A stretch of DNA of 63,960 nucleotides, filler included, from Basidiobolus ranarum (taxonomy: Eukaryota): assembly GCA_040143965.1 (NCBI GenBank). It is 3 parts of 3 records of this genome, joined end to end, with 100 filler letters (N's around TTAATTAATTAA, not from the genome) between each part and the next. Parts side by side here need not be neighbours in the genome. Positions count along the whole stretch, not along the records: positions 23,852 to 47,491 come from JASJQH010007038.1; 2 more parts are not named here. One strand, given 5' to 3'. Positions 25,380 to 37,828 of the stretch are shown here, one piece after another (position 1 is the first letter of the stretch; every line of letters begins with the position of its first letter). The translations under genes and the position numbers were made by a program. The notes below the pieces were generated by a model that saw only the letters and a program-made list of their open reading frames with translations, did not search any database and was not told the DNA's origin.

Positions 25380-26818
25380 GATTACAAATTAAAGTGAAGA
25401 CCAGTGTTATTTAAATTTTAGATCGTTCTCCTTGTTCACTTTTAAATAAATTTCGCAATGGAACATTCATGTGCCAAGAGTCCGCTTTCCATACTCCATT
25501 TCTATACCAATCTGAATTACATATACCTCCATGGCCCGAAATGATGAGTAATCAGGATGAAATAACCATGAGATGGAGAATTACCGGAATTGTCAACTAC
25601 TATATATTTCAATGATCTCTATTATGTAGACCGGATATGTAGTGATGATCAATCAATGATAAACCGTTGCTCTCATTGTAGCGACATTTCAGTTTACCTG
25701 AGTAGCGCTCCATGTGTAGTCAACCAGATTTGGTCATGGAGGAAGCACTTGACCAGACAGGCTTCTATTTGCCTTTTGTTGCCTGCACCTTACAATTTGC
25801 TCTAACCCAAACCATCGCTTCGCTCAAACCACGAGGATCCGTAGCTTTAGTCATGCAAGTTAATTGTAAGCATATCTGTTACCGCAATCTGTCTTAGTTT
25901 ACTTACTATTATGATCATGAATATATGCATAGGGGATTAACCATCTACTTAAACTACATGGATCTCTTATCTAGCCATATAAAATCTGGAAATTGCCTAG
26001 GATATTAATTAGCCGCTCGACCATATATAGCAAACACTGTACTTGGCTATTGTGCAGTTGATTTGGCCAACATCATTGCTTGGTATTTAACGTGGGGCAA
26101 GCAATGGTCCAGCACGCCAAGAGTTTTCATATAGAAACATTCAAGGCTCATCTATAATTGAGACAGAGAGGCATGAATAAGGAGCTGGGAGGGGTAGTTT
26201 ATCTCAAACAGAGTAGGATTAACAATGATTGTCTTGACGTTCTTTGAGTCGTTTCATTCATAGACATCAGCCTCCACTTTCATATAGAATGCCAAGCTCA
26301 ACCGGAGTACTGAAACTGGCTATTTAGACTTTTGCCAATAGCAATATCGATAGTTTGTGAGCCGTAAGAAGCCAAGTCTTCTGTAAAGCATTAATGAGAT
26401 ATAGAAATCAGCACGGTGAGCCGCTTGCATTGTTGAAGCTGGGTTTTCTCCTGATAAATCAAACTTTTCCTGTGGTAATGGGCTGTATTGCATAGTTTAG
26501 TATATCAGTCCAAAGAGATTACTCATGCGTAATGGCAATGGAATCTACACTAAATCCGACTTTTATTCAACGACGATGACGGAAATATCACATGAAATGA
26601 AATAGAATCGTGTTTACATTCCATGGTATCAGTGGATAATGAAACGATGATCGAGTAATATTCCGTAGTTAGCACATGTGACTCTATCAACTAACCTCAA
26701 ATAGCCTCTAGGAGTAGCTTGCCAGCCATACAGGGATAGAGACGCAAACATAATAAGCAAAACACAAAGTGATTGAGGAGTAATAAACATATGGTAGGAA
26801 AATGGAATAAACATGAGT

Positions 26819-28071
26819 TTATTTGTATTCTGGGATCTCTCCAATTCTATGGTAAAACGTTGAGGCTCTAACGAAAGGTTGTAACTCGTGGCTGACACTT
26901 TTGAGTTGCTTCGCCGCTTCTTGTCTTTCCTGCTCAAATGCAGTGGGATCATTTGCCCATGCTTCAGTAATTTGGGCGAATGTTTTGGCCGCTTTCCAGA
27001 AGGCTTGCTGTGCTTTTTGTTTCTCCGTGGATGATGCGGTACGTGTAGATTTTAGTTCCTCAGATGTTGGTGGGATATAATGATACTTGTATGGATCATT
27101 ACCACCAAGGGAATCCATTATTTGCTCCGGATCTATATGGCCACACAACTCCTTGCGCTTACAAAAAACTATCTTAGATTTGATAACTGGATCGAGCAGT
27201 GGCGATATCATTTTCCAGAAACCTGTCAATACTATATTAGTTCAAGGATCTGAGATTTCAACACACGTCGCAACGAACCTGAAAATATCCATGGTGCATC
27301 TACAATATAAAGATTACCCAGGCACTCAGGGTAATAAGCCTCCATACAATTAACCAGAAAGTGAGCAGCTGCGAAATCCTTTTTAACAATCATGGTCAAA
27401 TTCCAAGTTCTTATTTGATGGAAAGGTATATAAATCCAAATACTGTACCACTTTACCCATACTAAAGCCACTGGTATCAATGATTGCCGACATCTTCCCA
27501 TCTTTTTCATCGTCTATTAGTAGTCGGCCGGTCTCCAAAGTCCAAATCATAAACCTCTTGAATTCTGTTAAACTCTGAGCTTTTGGATACCAATTATGCA
27601 CATATGCCATACTAAAAGATTGAATGGTTAATTTCCGCTACTATAATATAATAATGATTCTATTTACCATAAAGGGCGCCCGTAGGAATCTCGCCCACGA
27701 AAATGTGCCAGGCCATCTTGAAGTAGTTTTTGGTTCAATGAGGCTTCACCTTTCTCTATAATATTTTCTACATCTTCATCCAACCGCCACTCTAGTGCTT
27801 TCAATAGCATATCACTCGATTTTTGGACATCAAAGTTACGTGCACGCAAGAATCTTAACATTACATTATCGGGGTGATCAAACAAGATTATTTGCCAGAA
27901 AGCTTTCTCTACACTCCCTAAACCAGAGCCATCGTTCAAAGAAAGATCGTTACTTGGGTGCTCCCGAAGTTTGGGAAGTATCTCTAACCACATGAGCTTC
28001 AAGCTGGTAAATTTCTCCTCAGATAAATTTAGATGCTTCGTGGATCCGGTTTCTTTTTCATTATGTATCAT
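26819..28071 (-). CDS. CRAL-TRIO/Sec14-like lipid-binding (phosphatidylinositol transfer, Csr1-like) protein, ~356 aa
   Basis: Exons 28071-27668, 27611-27449, 27378-27279, 27222-26819 (1071 nt). Motifs DHPDNVMLRFLRARNFDV, IIDTSGFSMGKVD, EAYYPECLG..YIVDAPWIFSGFWKMISPLLDPVIKSKI, SLGG. Confidence 0.92.
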
Positions 28072-28551
28072 TTTGGGTGGTTAGTTTACAGAAACCAAAG
28101 TCAAGTCTAATATCAAGTGTAACGGGCTAGGTTTATTAGTTTACTCTCACTCTATATATGTATGTGTATGTGGCTTCTTCAAACCGTCGATTAAACCTTT
28201 GCTACTGAGAGTAATCTGAAATCTCGCATATATTCATGAGCTATATTGGTTGTTGACATTACCAAAATTGCACATACGTGGAAAACTCTCACTTGACACG
28301 TATACTTACCACCTATTGGATCACGGACTAATTAGTAAAGTGCCAAGATGGATTTGAGAGTAGAATGAAATCACAACATGACGAAATCGAGATATGGTGG
28401 TTTGTCTAGTGTTCAATAATCTCAATCCTACAACCATTCACAATTGTCCGAATCCAATATAACAATGATTTTACAGAATGTTCAAGAATGATCAAAAGTC
28501 TAGAATGAAGTACAAATTCAATTTTAATGAATTATTTGATGTAGATTACGT

Positions 28552-29340
28552 CTATGCCAATTTCTCTGCGACTTTTTCAATCAACTCCGGGAAATCATTG
28601 TAGTCAATAAAGTGGCCACGCTCTATTAGTTCGTAATATTCCGAGTTGGTTTTTTCGTGAACATAACGCTGCTCTTCTATGGGCACCATGGGGTCATCGG
28701 CTGAACCTATGATAAGACCTTTAACTTACGATCTAGTATTGAGATTGCTAGCATGTAAAAACAACTCTACCGAATTGAATTATCCAGTCAGAATTTTCTC
28801 GAATCTTTTTCCAATTCCATTCCCTCAAAAAGTATTCACTCTTGGCCTAATAAAAATCAACATCTTAAAATGTAAATTCCAACAAAAGTAAATAATAAGC
28901 TTCAACTATACCTCCCACCTGTCACCAAGATCAGTATGATACGCTGCAACTAAAACCAATCCCTTGACCTTAAATTTTTCCGCGTACCTTCACTTGATTT
29001 AGTATGATTTCTCTCAAATTTGACAATAAATAATACCTTAGTGCAGCTATAGCACCAGTGCTGATAAGGTGGATCTGTGAGTAAACTCTCAATATTTGCA
29101 GGCTGAACTTTAAAAAGGAAAATACCTGTGCCCTAAGAGGATGAAATTTTCATTGACGCCTATTTCTTTCTCCAAGAAAGGAAGCCAGACGCTTTCCCTA
29201 CACAGCTCGAAATCTGGAAATTGTCGTAAAATAACTTCACCTGGTATATATTTCCTTAGCTGTCCCATCACTAGGCTATACCATAAAGCATCTGGAGGGT
29301 ACTCGCAGCCGTTTCCTGGAAGTAAAATAATACTGGTCAT
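28552..29340 (-). CDS. RBBP9/YdeN-family alpha/beta serine hydrolase, ~181 aa
   Basis: Exons 29340-29126, 29060-29037, 28987-28912, 28846-28771, 28706-28552 (546 nt). IILLPGNG..WY, nucleophile GHSTGAIAALRYAE, DLGD, SADDPMVP (acid), RGHF (His). Confidence 0.9.
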
Positions 29341-29421
29341 ATTGAACTCAGTGAAAGTAATATGAAGTGGCTTGGCGTCTAATTTCCGTATTTATGCTTT
29401 CAAATATTTAATCATACCAGA

Positions 29422-29456
29422 ATCACGTACTCACGTGATATAGTCGATCCTATTGG
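29422..29456. promoter_or_regulatory. Tandem E-box/SRE-like sites plus CCAAT box in a 270-bp divergent promoter
   Basis: ATCACGTAC-TCACGTGAT at 29422-29439 and ATTGG at ~29452, between the head-to-head RBBP9-like and membrane-protein genes. Function not demonstrated. Confidence 0.35.
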
Positions 29457-29610
29457 CTATTTTAAATCTTGTGACATGTAAAAATAGTCCTCAATGTTAC
29501 TTGACAGAGGGACAAAGTGCAGAATATGCGCCACTAAAACGAACTTATTTCTTTCCCTCCTCCTATATATTCTTGGAGTGGAGATAGGAATTCAGCTCAA
29601 AACGTTATCA

Positions 29611-30526
29611 ATGAAAACTTGGAGAGAATTATTTGGTGTTGACACCTTTGACCCGACGCTCCCCGTCACTTCAAATCTTGTAACCCCAAGACAACTCTTA
29701 GGGTATCGTTTGTTTGCGCTAACGTATGCTATAATTGTATTCGTATGTACACTCGCTATCAAACGGGCAACGTACTATTTTTTTCTTCACTAATCTCTCT
29801 TACATCGGTTTGGTGCTCTATCTATTGGTAAGCTAGAAGGTGACTTGCAACCAATTCAGTATAGTTTCTTTATTGACCAACGATACTTTCTCGCGTATTT
29901 TCAGATTGCTTCTTATCACTCAGTCCGCTTTTGTTTCGCTTCGCCTAAAGTCTATGAGCCCACCTCCGTGGCGAAGCTTCCCAGCTTCTTCTTATTAGTA
30001 AACTGGCTACTTTATGAACTTTTTGTAGTTTATCACATTGTGGTTCCTATAGTATTTTGGACACTGTTGGCCCCCCATATGGCGCCACAAACTACAGTGA
30101 ATTCTTGGTTAAATGTATCAGTTCATGCCGTAGATTTCTTCTTGATGTTTGGTGATTTCATATTAAACAGGTGGAAGTTCTGCTGGTCTCATATGATTTT
30201 ACTAGTTGGAGTAACAATTCTCTACATGTTTTGGAGTTGGATCAATTGGGCAGCGTAAGTGTTTATCCCCCATATCAAGGCTTATTCTTAATATTTACCC
30301 TATTTGATATAGAAACCATTTCTGGATATATCCGTTCTTATCCTGGTCCAAACCGTGGTACCAAGTACTAGGAAGCTATGTAGGATTATGTGTGCTCTTT
30401 TTGCTCGTATTCGTTCTCGCGCTATACGCTCATCGATTACGGGATAGACTCACTCAAGGAAGAAGAAAAACTTTGGAAAGCATCGAGCTACAGAGCCAGG
30501 AGAGAATCACCACCATCAAGGACTAG
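29611..30526 (+). CDS. Multi-pass membrane protein of the rolling stone / FAR-17a-AIG1-like group, ~259 aa; has a +1 frameshift in a T7 run as sequenced
   Basis: Exons 29611-29827, 29905-30254, 30313-30526 total 781 nt. Removing one T at 29778-29784 gives 260 codons reading YYFFFTNLSYIGLVLYLL|IASYH...VPIVFWTLL...NVSVHAVD...WIYPFLSW. Confidence 0.75.
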
Positions 30527-31327
30527 AGTCATCTCATTCCTATCTAATTCGTTTGTAACTGTATCCTTCTCACACGAACGTTAAACTTCTGAGACTGATC
30601 CAAGTGATTAATACATAGATAATTGAGACAACGGTCTAAAAACTTGGTTGGAATCCAGATTTTGAAGCACAAGAATATTTACGAAATAAATGTATCTTTG
30701 ATATAATAGCATATATATATCACCTCATTAAGGTTTCCATACTCTAACAAGAAGAATCTTCGTGGAACTCATCTGACTTGAAATGGTTAATTTACGTAGC
30801 ATTATGGTACTAATTTACCCAACTAGTCCAATGCCAATTGCTGGGGTTTGGTGCTTTCCCTTTGTACTATTGTGGATCTTACTTGATATGGAAGAGTGTG
30901 ATAACAGGTACGCAAATCATGTAGTGGTACACACCTGAGATTACAATACTCGGCTCAGCATGAAGATATGTAGGGTTAGGGTGGAAGTGGTTTTCCCAAA
31001 TGTATATTTTTGATTTCAACCAAACAAATCTCTGTGCAAAGTCATCGTTATTTCCAAGTGCATCAAAAGCCTCATAAAACATGAACTACAGGCTGGATTC
31101 TTCATGCCTGCATAAATATATATACAATATGAAGTTTATTATATACCCCCTGTGGTCAGGTTTATCAAGGCTGAATTAGATAAAATTGTTCTCAATAACG
31201 TATTGCTTATAATAGAGCAAGCATATAGACCGGTCATTGGTAAATTGCTATGCATGATAATCTATTCCTTTATCTTCACCCTTCTTGTTAGGCGCATCTA
31301 TAAGTAGCAATAAAACACATATGACAA

Positions 31328-33461
31328 CTATGCTTTGGTACGTTTGAAGAGCTCAATGTAGTTATTATGATAGGGAGTTCGAAATGTTGTTGAGATTAAA
31401 TGCCGCCAACCAGTATGTTTTCTGCATGCTCCAAATCGATACCTAGTAATAAGAATGGCCAATATATCCTGAGCAATTACGAAAACCAGCCTATGAAAAT
31501 GTCAAATCAGTGCCAATCAAGTAAAAGAATAGTGTGATTGGAGTACTTACTTTTGGCTTGTATAGTTAGTAAACTCTGTTGGGTTCAGGGGGGTTGGTTG
31601 GGAGGAGTTCAATTCTAAAGGCTCCTTTGCCTCAACAGGGACATCTTTCAAGTATTTCAATGCTTCTAGTGGTATTCGAATTTCAGTATTTCTTGGGATT
31701 AGATATGGTCCCAATTGAAGTGGAGTCTCTGTAATTACGCTATTGCATCTAAGAAAACCATTTGCCATTGGATAATCCACGCCTCTTCGAACAATCCGCT
31801 CAAGATGATCCATGGCTTTTATGTGATTTAAGGTCAATAAATGACATTTGCATTTCTCTTCAAATGTCACCCTCTTTTTCCCTCGATGCTTGAGATCGAT
31901 TTTCAAGTATTCCCTGTTGATTACTTGTGAAATTTCCTCTTCGATCTGTTGTAATGTAGTTATATCATTGAAGATACTATCGAATGCGTAATTTAGACAA
32001 GTAAACAAGTTCTCCCCTGTATTAAAACTAGTAATTCAATCAAGACCCGATTAGATTGGGTTGAGACTCAGCAATATGTACCGAAGACTAGACAACATGG
32101 AGAAATCTTACATCAATGCCAAGATTTCCTTAGTAGTTTTTTTCCTTAAGAGATGGATCTCCGCTGGTTCAGCGTTCGGATTGTTTCGCATCAGTCTCTC
32201 AACTCTTTCTAGATGGCAACTAATTAGCGTTTTGAAAAGACTTCCTGCTTGCCTATGATTTTCGTCAGTCTCGGCATCCTCGATTAAAGCATAGATTTTC
32301 TGTAGGATTGAAGAGTAATGGCTTAGCATGCACTTGTATCCATAGATCATCATTACAGACAATACAGAAGTCTGTAGATGCTGATAATAACCAGAGGCAT
32401 ACTCTCTTTAGTTCTTCATTACATATATCATATGTGGACTGAATGGGCGAGAAAGGAATCTTCGCCAAGATCGGATATTTATGTAGCTAGAATGGTAAAA
32501 TCTCAATACAAAACTACATTATGGGGGAGAGCTTGAGCATCTTACCAAGTATTTGTATTTTCTTCTTGCATGAATTAAATCGACAATACACTCGAAACGA
32601 TATTTAGACATTCTTTTGGGATCCAATCCTAGCATCGTTATGGCTGTAATATTGGAGATCAATTGGTTAACAAGTGTGTTCTTTTCTAGCATCATTCCGG
32701 TATTTTTCATGCTTTGCTCCTCCAAATTGTTGTAGAATTGGTTGATTGTTGCAATTATTTTGGGCTCGATCAGGACCAGTTCTTTCTCGTCGAAGATACA
32801 GCTCTGCTCTAACTTGATAAAGTAATTTAGAATAACCCACTTTGATCTTCATGTAACCAATCCCTTACTACATTTGTACTTTCATATAAACTACTAAACA
32901 TGGAAAGATGGAAATGATTAAGCATAGTTCAATGAAGAGCCTTTTAGTCACACTAAGGGTTTACCTGAACTCAGTGCTTTCAATCACTCCTTTTACCTCC
33001 ATACTCTTATCTTTCAGAATCCTTGTAACGACTTCGGGGTCAGTAACAGAGATTATATTCAGTCCTATGGTTGATAAAATCTTAGGAAACAGCTACACGT
33101 GAGAAGAATGTCTTCGAAAGCACTACTAGTAAGAAATCATAATACCTATCCTAACGACGGGTCCAAATATTTGGTGCCATTGGTCGTAATGAAGTTCCAT
33201 TTTCAATACCCGCTGAGAAATCCACAGCTTTAACTCTACCACAACTAAAGTATACCATCCTGGATTTGGTATGAGCCGCAGAGGATTCGCAAGAATCTGC
33301 TTTAACTGAGACCTGGTCAAGATATTTTTGGCAACAAATAGATGTATGGCGCAATCTCTTACCGGATAAAAGGTTATATTGTATATTGCCACTACTATGA
33401 GAGTAATAACCAAAGCAATGAGAGCTTGAATCAAGCCAAACCATCTCAAGTCATTGTCCAT
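31328..33461 (-). CDS. Highly divergent cytochrome P450-fold protein, ~516 aa, lacking canonical heme-binding motifs
   Basis: Nine exons 33461-33363, 33296-33146, 33064-32965, 32890-32869, 32812-32546, 32486-32403, 32299-32112, 32027-31551, 31490-31328 give 1551 nt without an internal stop (exon 4 boundaries least certain). N-terminal TM anchor, NPLRLIPNP hinge, HQIFGPVVRIGLNIISVTDPE, QQIEEEI, LGPYLIPRNT, ILAILITRYRF. Confidence 0.72.
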
Positions 33462-34937
33462 TACTTCAAGGAGGTGCCCACTAAAACCGGGATTCTATCT
33501 TGGATGTGGAAAAGAGAATTTAACGAGTAAACACAAATCCCATCGATATACTTGGATATTTAACACTCCCCTATCCCAGACCCCTCAATAAAAATCTGGA
33601 TTCTATATGTGCCCCCTCTTCACTTCTTCAGAGTGTTCAGTTAAAGTTTTGGTTAAACAAGCGTTTTAACAGTCACTCGGAAACTAAGATTGCGGATATC
33701 AATAAGATGATGATCTCAATCGAATAGTATAATCCGTGAAGGGTTCACATTGTGCCTTGATGACGGAATGAATCAGTGAATATTGAGCACCTGTTAACTT
33801 GCTCTAGACATACGGCATATTCGCTATTGTAGCCAATGAAGAGCCACTATTAGTCATGTCTATATTATCTCTATGCTCTTATTCGTTCCTTGCGAATAAT
33901 TACCAACTATCTTGCTGAATCTCTTGATTGAAAAACCACTGCAGCTCAGATAACAAACCAACTTCTCGTATCCGCGGCTCTCAGCCATTGATCTTCTTTT
34001 GGTGGCATGAACTAGTTCTTGGCAAATTCACTCACTACCAGTTGTAACTGAAAGACCTGGATTGTTAATCAACATCATGGGTCTGGCATGTAACTGGTTT
34101 CAAGACGGAGAAATTCGAACCATCGGGATATCTGGTAAAGAAAACACTATCAATTGCCGATGAACAGTCGCCATACAATAGTGAATAAAGGAATTAGACA
34201 GTCGCAGTACTGTATCAAATCCATGAGCTTTGAGTCCTCATAACCACTAGGAATGTTTTGACCGATGGGAGCATACCGATTGGGCAGCACTTATTTGTCT
34301 CCAAATAAGGTACTATCTATGTGTATTTTCCATCAATATTGCCCGCGGTCCTTGGAGATATCGACACAAAGATATCTAATGGTCTTCAGTCCTGAGCCCC
34401 TGAGATATTGGAAGAAACAGTGGCATTGTTCTTGTATGAACCACATTGACCCTCAGGGCTAGCTGGAGAGAGTTCCAACCAATGATTCAATTACCGCCAT
34501 TGTAACGTCAGTGTTGCAAAACTAGCCGTTGGAGAGTTCGCGAGTCTTGGACATTTGCCAACGTTGTGTCGAGCCCGTTGACCGACCAGTTCGTAACGAT
34601 TTGCCAAAAACGTTTGTGAGCCAAGATATCTCCTGCATTGGCATCCTTCCATGTACCCCTTTCAAATGAATACTGCGGACCATCAAGATTTATTGTATGG
34701 TCTACGCTATCAACCATCACTAATGGTCTTAGCCTGTATGATACTGGAACAGATAATGAAAGAAATATGCCCAGAACATGCTATTGTACTAAAAATCTTT
34801 TCGTCATAACAAATCAAATAATGGATAATTGCCTTGTATACTCCAAATCAATCAACTGGAGTATTTGCCATTCTTCCGGATCAATACAAATACAAATGTT
34901 CTCCTCTAGTCTTGACGATTAATTGTTTTTGTTGGAA

Positions 34938-35774
34938 ATGAGCCAAGAAAGCAACATCCTTGGATATCCTGGCTACTGGGGAAGCTCCACTTCCTCGGTA
35001 GATTGGTGTGAAACGAACTATGAGTATAATTACTACGTTGCAGAAATGTTCAACACCTTCTCTTCATTAGCAATGGTTGTCATTGGCGAGCTTGGTGCCT
35101 GGCTTCATCCGAAGGCCGAGATTAGCTATCGCATTGCTTTCCGTTTAGTTGCCGTTGTCGGTTGGGGTAGTTTGTTATTTCACTGTACACTCAAATACGA
35201 AACTCAAATGCTGGACGAATTGCCTATGTGCTGGACAGCTGCTATGCTATATTATTGCTTGGTTACGAACAAATACCCGAAGATCGGTTCATGGTTTCCT
35301 ATCCTCTTGAGCGCCTACACGATATTTGTTACTTTGGTGGTGTCTCTGAGTTCTGGAAAGCTTCAATTCTACTTGTTTCATATCACTTTTGGAAGTTTAG
35401 AAATTGTAGACTTAATTATGACACTTAATATTTACCTCAAAAAAAGAAAAGGCGCAGCTGCCATCAAATGGCTTTTCGAAGCGGGAATTGCCTTTTACTT
35501 GGTGGCGGTGATTATCTGGAGTACTGACTACTCCTTCTGTAAGTACTTGAATGGTCACGTCGCTACTATCTTGGGAAATTCTACCGTTTTGCCATTTAAT
35601 CCTCAGTTTCACGCGTTCTGGCACATTTTGGTATCTACTGGATTATATTACCTGAGTTTACTTATCCTTGTTGATCGACAAGAAACTTTGGGTCACAAAG
35701 CCAAACTTCATTATCTCTTCCATTTGGTACCTTATGTTTCCTGGGATGAATATCCCAAACCAAAAACCTATTAG
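34938..35774 (+). CDS. Alkaline ceramidase (ACER3/Ypc1/Ydc1 family, CREST superfamily), 278 aa, intronless
   Basis: GYWGSSTSSVDWCETNY, AEMFNTFSS, GSLLFHCTL (SxxxH), QMLDELPM, FHAFWH; seven hydrophobic segments. ATG at 34938. Confidence 0.95.
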   Translation: MSQESNILGYPGYWGSSTSSVDWCETNYEYNYYVAEMFNTFSSLAMVVIGELGAWLHPKAEISYRIAFRLVAVVGWGSLLFHCTLKYETQMLDELPMCWTAAMLYYCLVTNKYPKIGSWFPILLSAYTIFVTLVVSLSSGKLQFYLFHITFGSLEIVDLIMTLNIYLKKRKGAAAIKWLFEAGIAFYLVAVIIWSTDYSFCKYLNGHVATILGNSTVLPFNPQFHAFWHILVSTGLYYLSLLILVDRQETLGHKAKLHYLFHLVPYVSWDEYPKPKTY

Positions 35775-37828
35775 AATTCCCTTCGCATCTTTTATCACAT
35801 TTTCACCCTCTTTTTGGAACTATTGTAGTACATATGCATTATATCTAAATTATCCAAGCCTTTTACCCAAGTCATCAATTTCGCTCTTATGAGAAGATGG
35901 CTTGAAAATTAGTTAAAAAAGTAAAACAAACGCGAAGAACCGGATCCCATCATTCAATGAATGTTATAGCCACTTCCTCGGATTTCTTTGGAAGTTGAAC
36001 CCACAAGAATAAAGTGAACCATAGAATTGATATATACTCGTTGATATCAATACATTCTACCCATTTTCGTAAGTCTTTAGAGCCGATTAATCCGTAACTA
36101 TAATCACTGTTTAATTACTGATTAAGTGTGAATGCAATAATTGGAGGTACTGCATCATTTAATGCTCAAGGTTGATAGAAAATACAATGCTATACTGGAA
36201 TAGAAGATACAACGAGCCATTCGTTTTTAATAAATGAAGCAAATTAACAAATAGAAGTTGAAACATATGCATTAATGGTTTCAACTACCTACCTTGCCTC
36301 AGGCACTAAAATTAGGTTAAACGAAATATCCATACTTCTTTGCCCCTACAGTGAGCTTGCATCTACAGGAGTTTCGTTGTCTGGACTCTTGCAATATATC
36401 ATGTACTGCTTTGAACATCTTGAGCAATAATGTCAAAGCGTTTAGTATTCAGTGAGGTTTGTACGAAATATGATGATCTCTTGATCCTTCAGTAAATTCA
36501 TATCTTCTGAATCATTCATATGAATTCGAAATTCAGCGGTGTCCGCAGAACAATGGAACACCATCTTCGATAATATTAGAAAGCCGAATGAAATATGGAT
36601 ATCTTCAGATTATCGGTAATTATGCTTTGCTTCTCTATAGCCTGGCGTTACTAAATATCCTTGTTTTTTATGCCATTAATCTCATTATTCTTCGTAAACG
36701 AAGATCATTTTACGAAAATATGTATCGGATAATCGAAGGGTGGTTTAAAGAGGCTAATCGGAATATCACAGGAGAGTAGAGTAGTACACTATTAATATAT
36801 GTCTTTAAATTTGGGAATGCTCATTTTCCCAAAGAACATTCTTTTATGCTGTAAAGAGATCAGCAGGCAGTGATACCATTCACATTACTACATCAGCATC
36901 TGTCATGTGCTTATGATCTGACTTATTGTACTGGTCAGTCAAGCATAGATTCGATTTCGTGCTGGTTTAAGAAACCAGCTGGTTCTTGCGTAAGAGGCTT
37001 GACTCTAGACGATCGCAAGAAGTTTCTATTGGCCCGCCAACTCAGACAACTCTGCTATTAAGAAACACCTATTCGACTTGTAGATTGGCTACATAAGATT
37101 GGGGGCTACTCTTGATTTGAGTTGTCTATCCATCGTGTCATGATACTAAAGAATACTACTATCCAACTTATCCCGCTTCGATATGCTCAGTAAGATAGAG
37201 CAATTTTAAAGCAATATCATCTCGTAGCGCAATGGATTTTCTCGATTCTTTTCATCGCAATTGGATACCAAAGATCTTTTAGGAATTCTCATTTTAGTGA
37301 TGTCTATGCTTTGGGAAGGATGCGAGCAGTTGCGGATATTACCTCCACGCATTACAGTCTGTCAACCCGCAATGAGTATCAAACCAGAAGTGTCAGTGTT
37401 TCCGGTGGAGAATAAAAGGTCGCATTCAGTCTATCCTTTTGTTGTTTCATCTATTCAAATGAAAGGTAAATAAGCAAGGTTTACCTGCTTAGAGGGGTCC
37501 GATTTAAGCAGCGTTCTGCATATTCAATATGACTACAATTTAAGGGAAATAGGGGTACGATGGACATTTGGACCAAGATTGAGGCTTAGATATCGTCTGA
37601 ATCTAGCCCTCATCTTCCTGCATCTTGAGGAAAATTCCATATATACCTGCATATATGGAATTTCATAGGATCTACTATAGATACACTCAATCCCCACACG
37701 CACTCTTCAAAATACCTTTATCAACCGTTGATGCACGAACAATTCATTGAGGCCTCAATACAAATACAATACATATATAACTGCTTTTCCAAGACATCTA
37801 TTCATCACAGCTGCTCTCTGGGTTTGAA

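Noticed and set aside
34265..34922. Short ORFs between the P450-like and ceramidase genes
   Set aside because: No recognisable motifs or consistent splice structure; treated as divergent promoter DNA.
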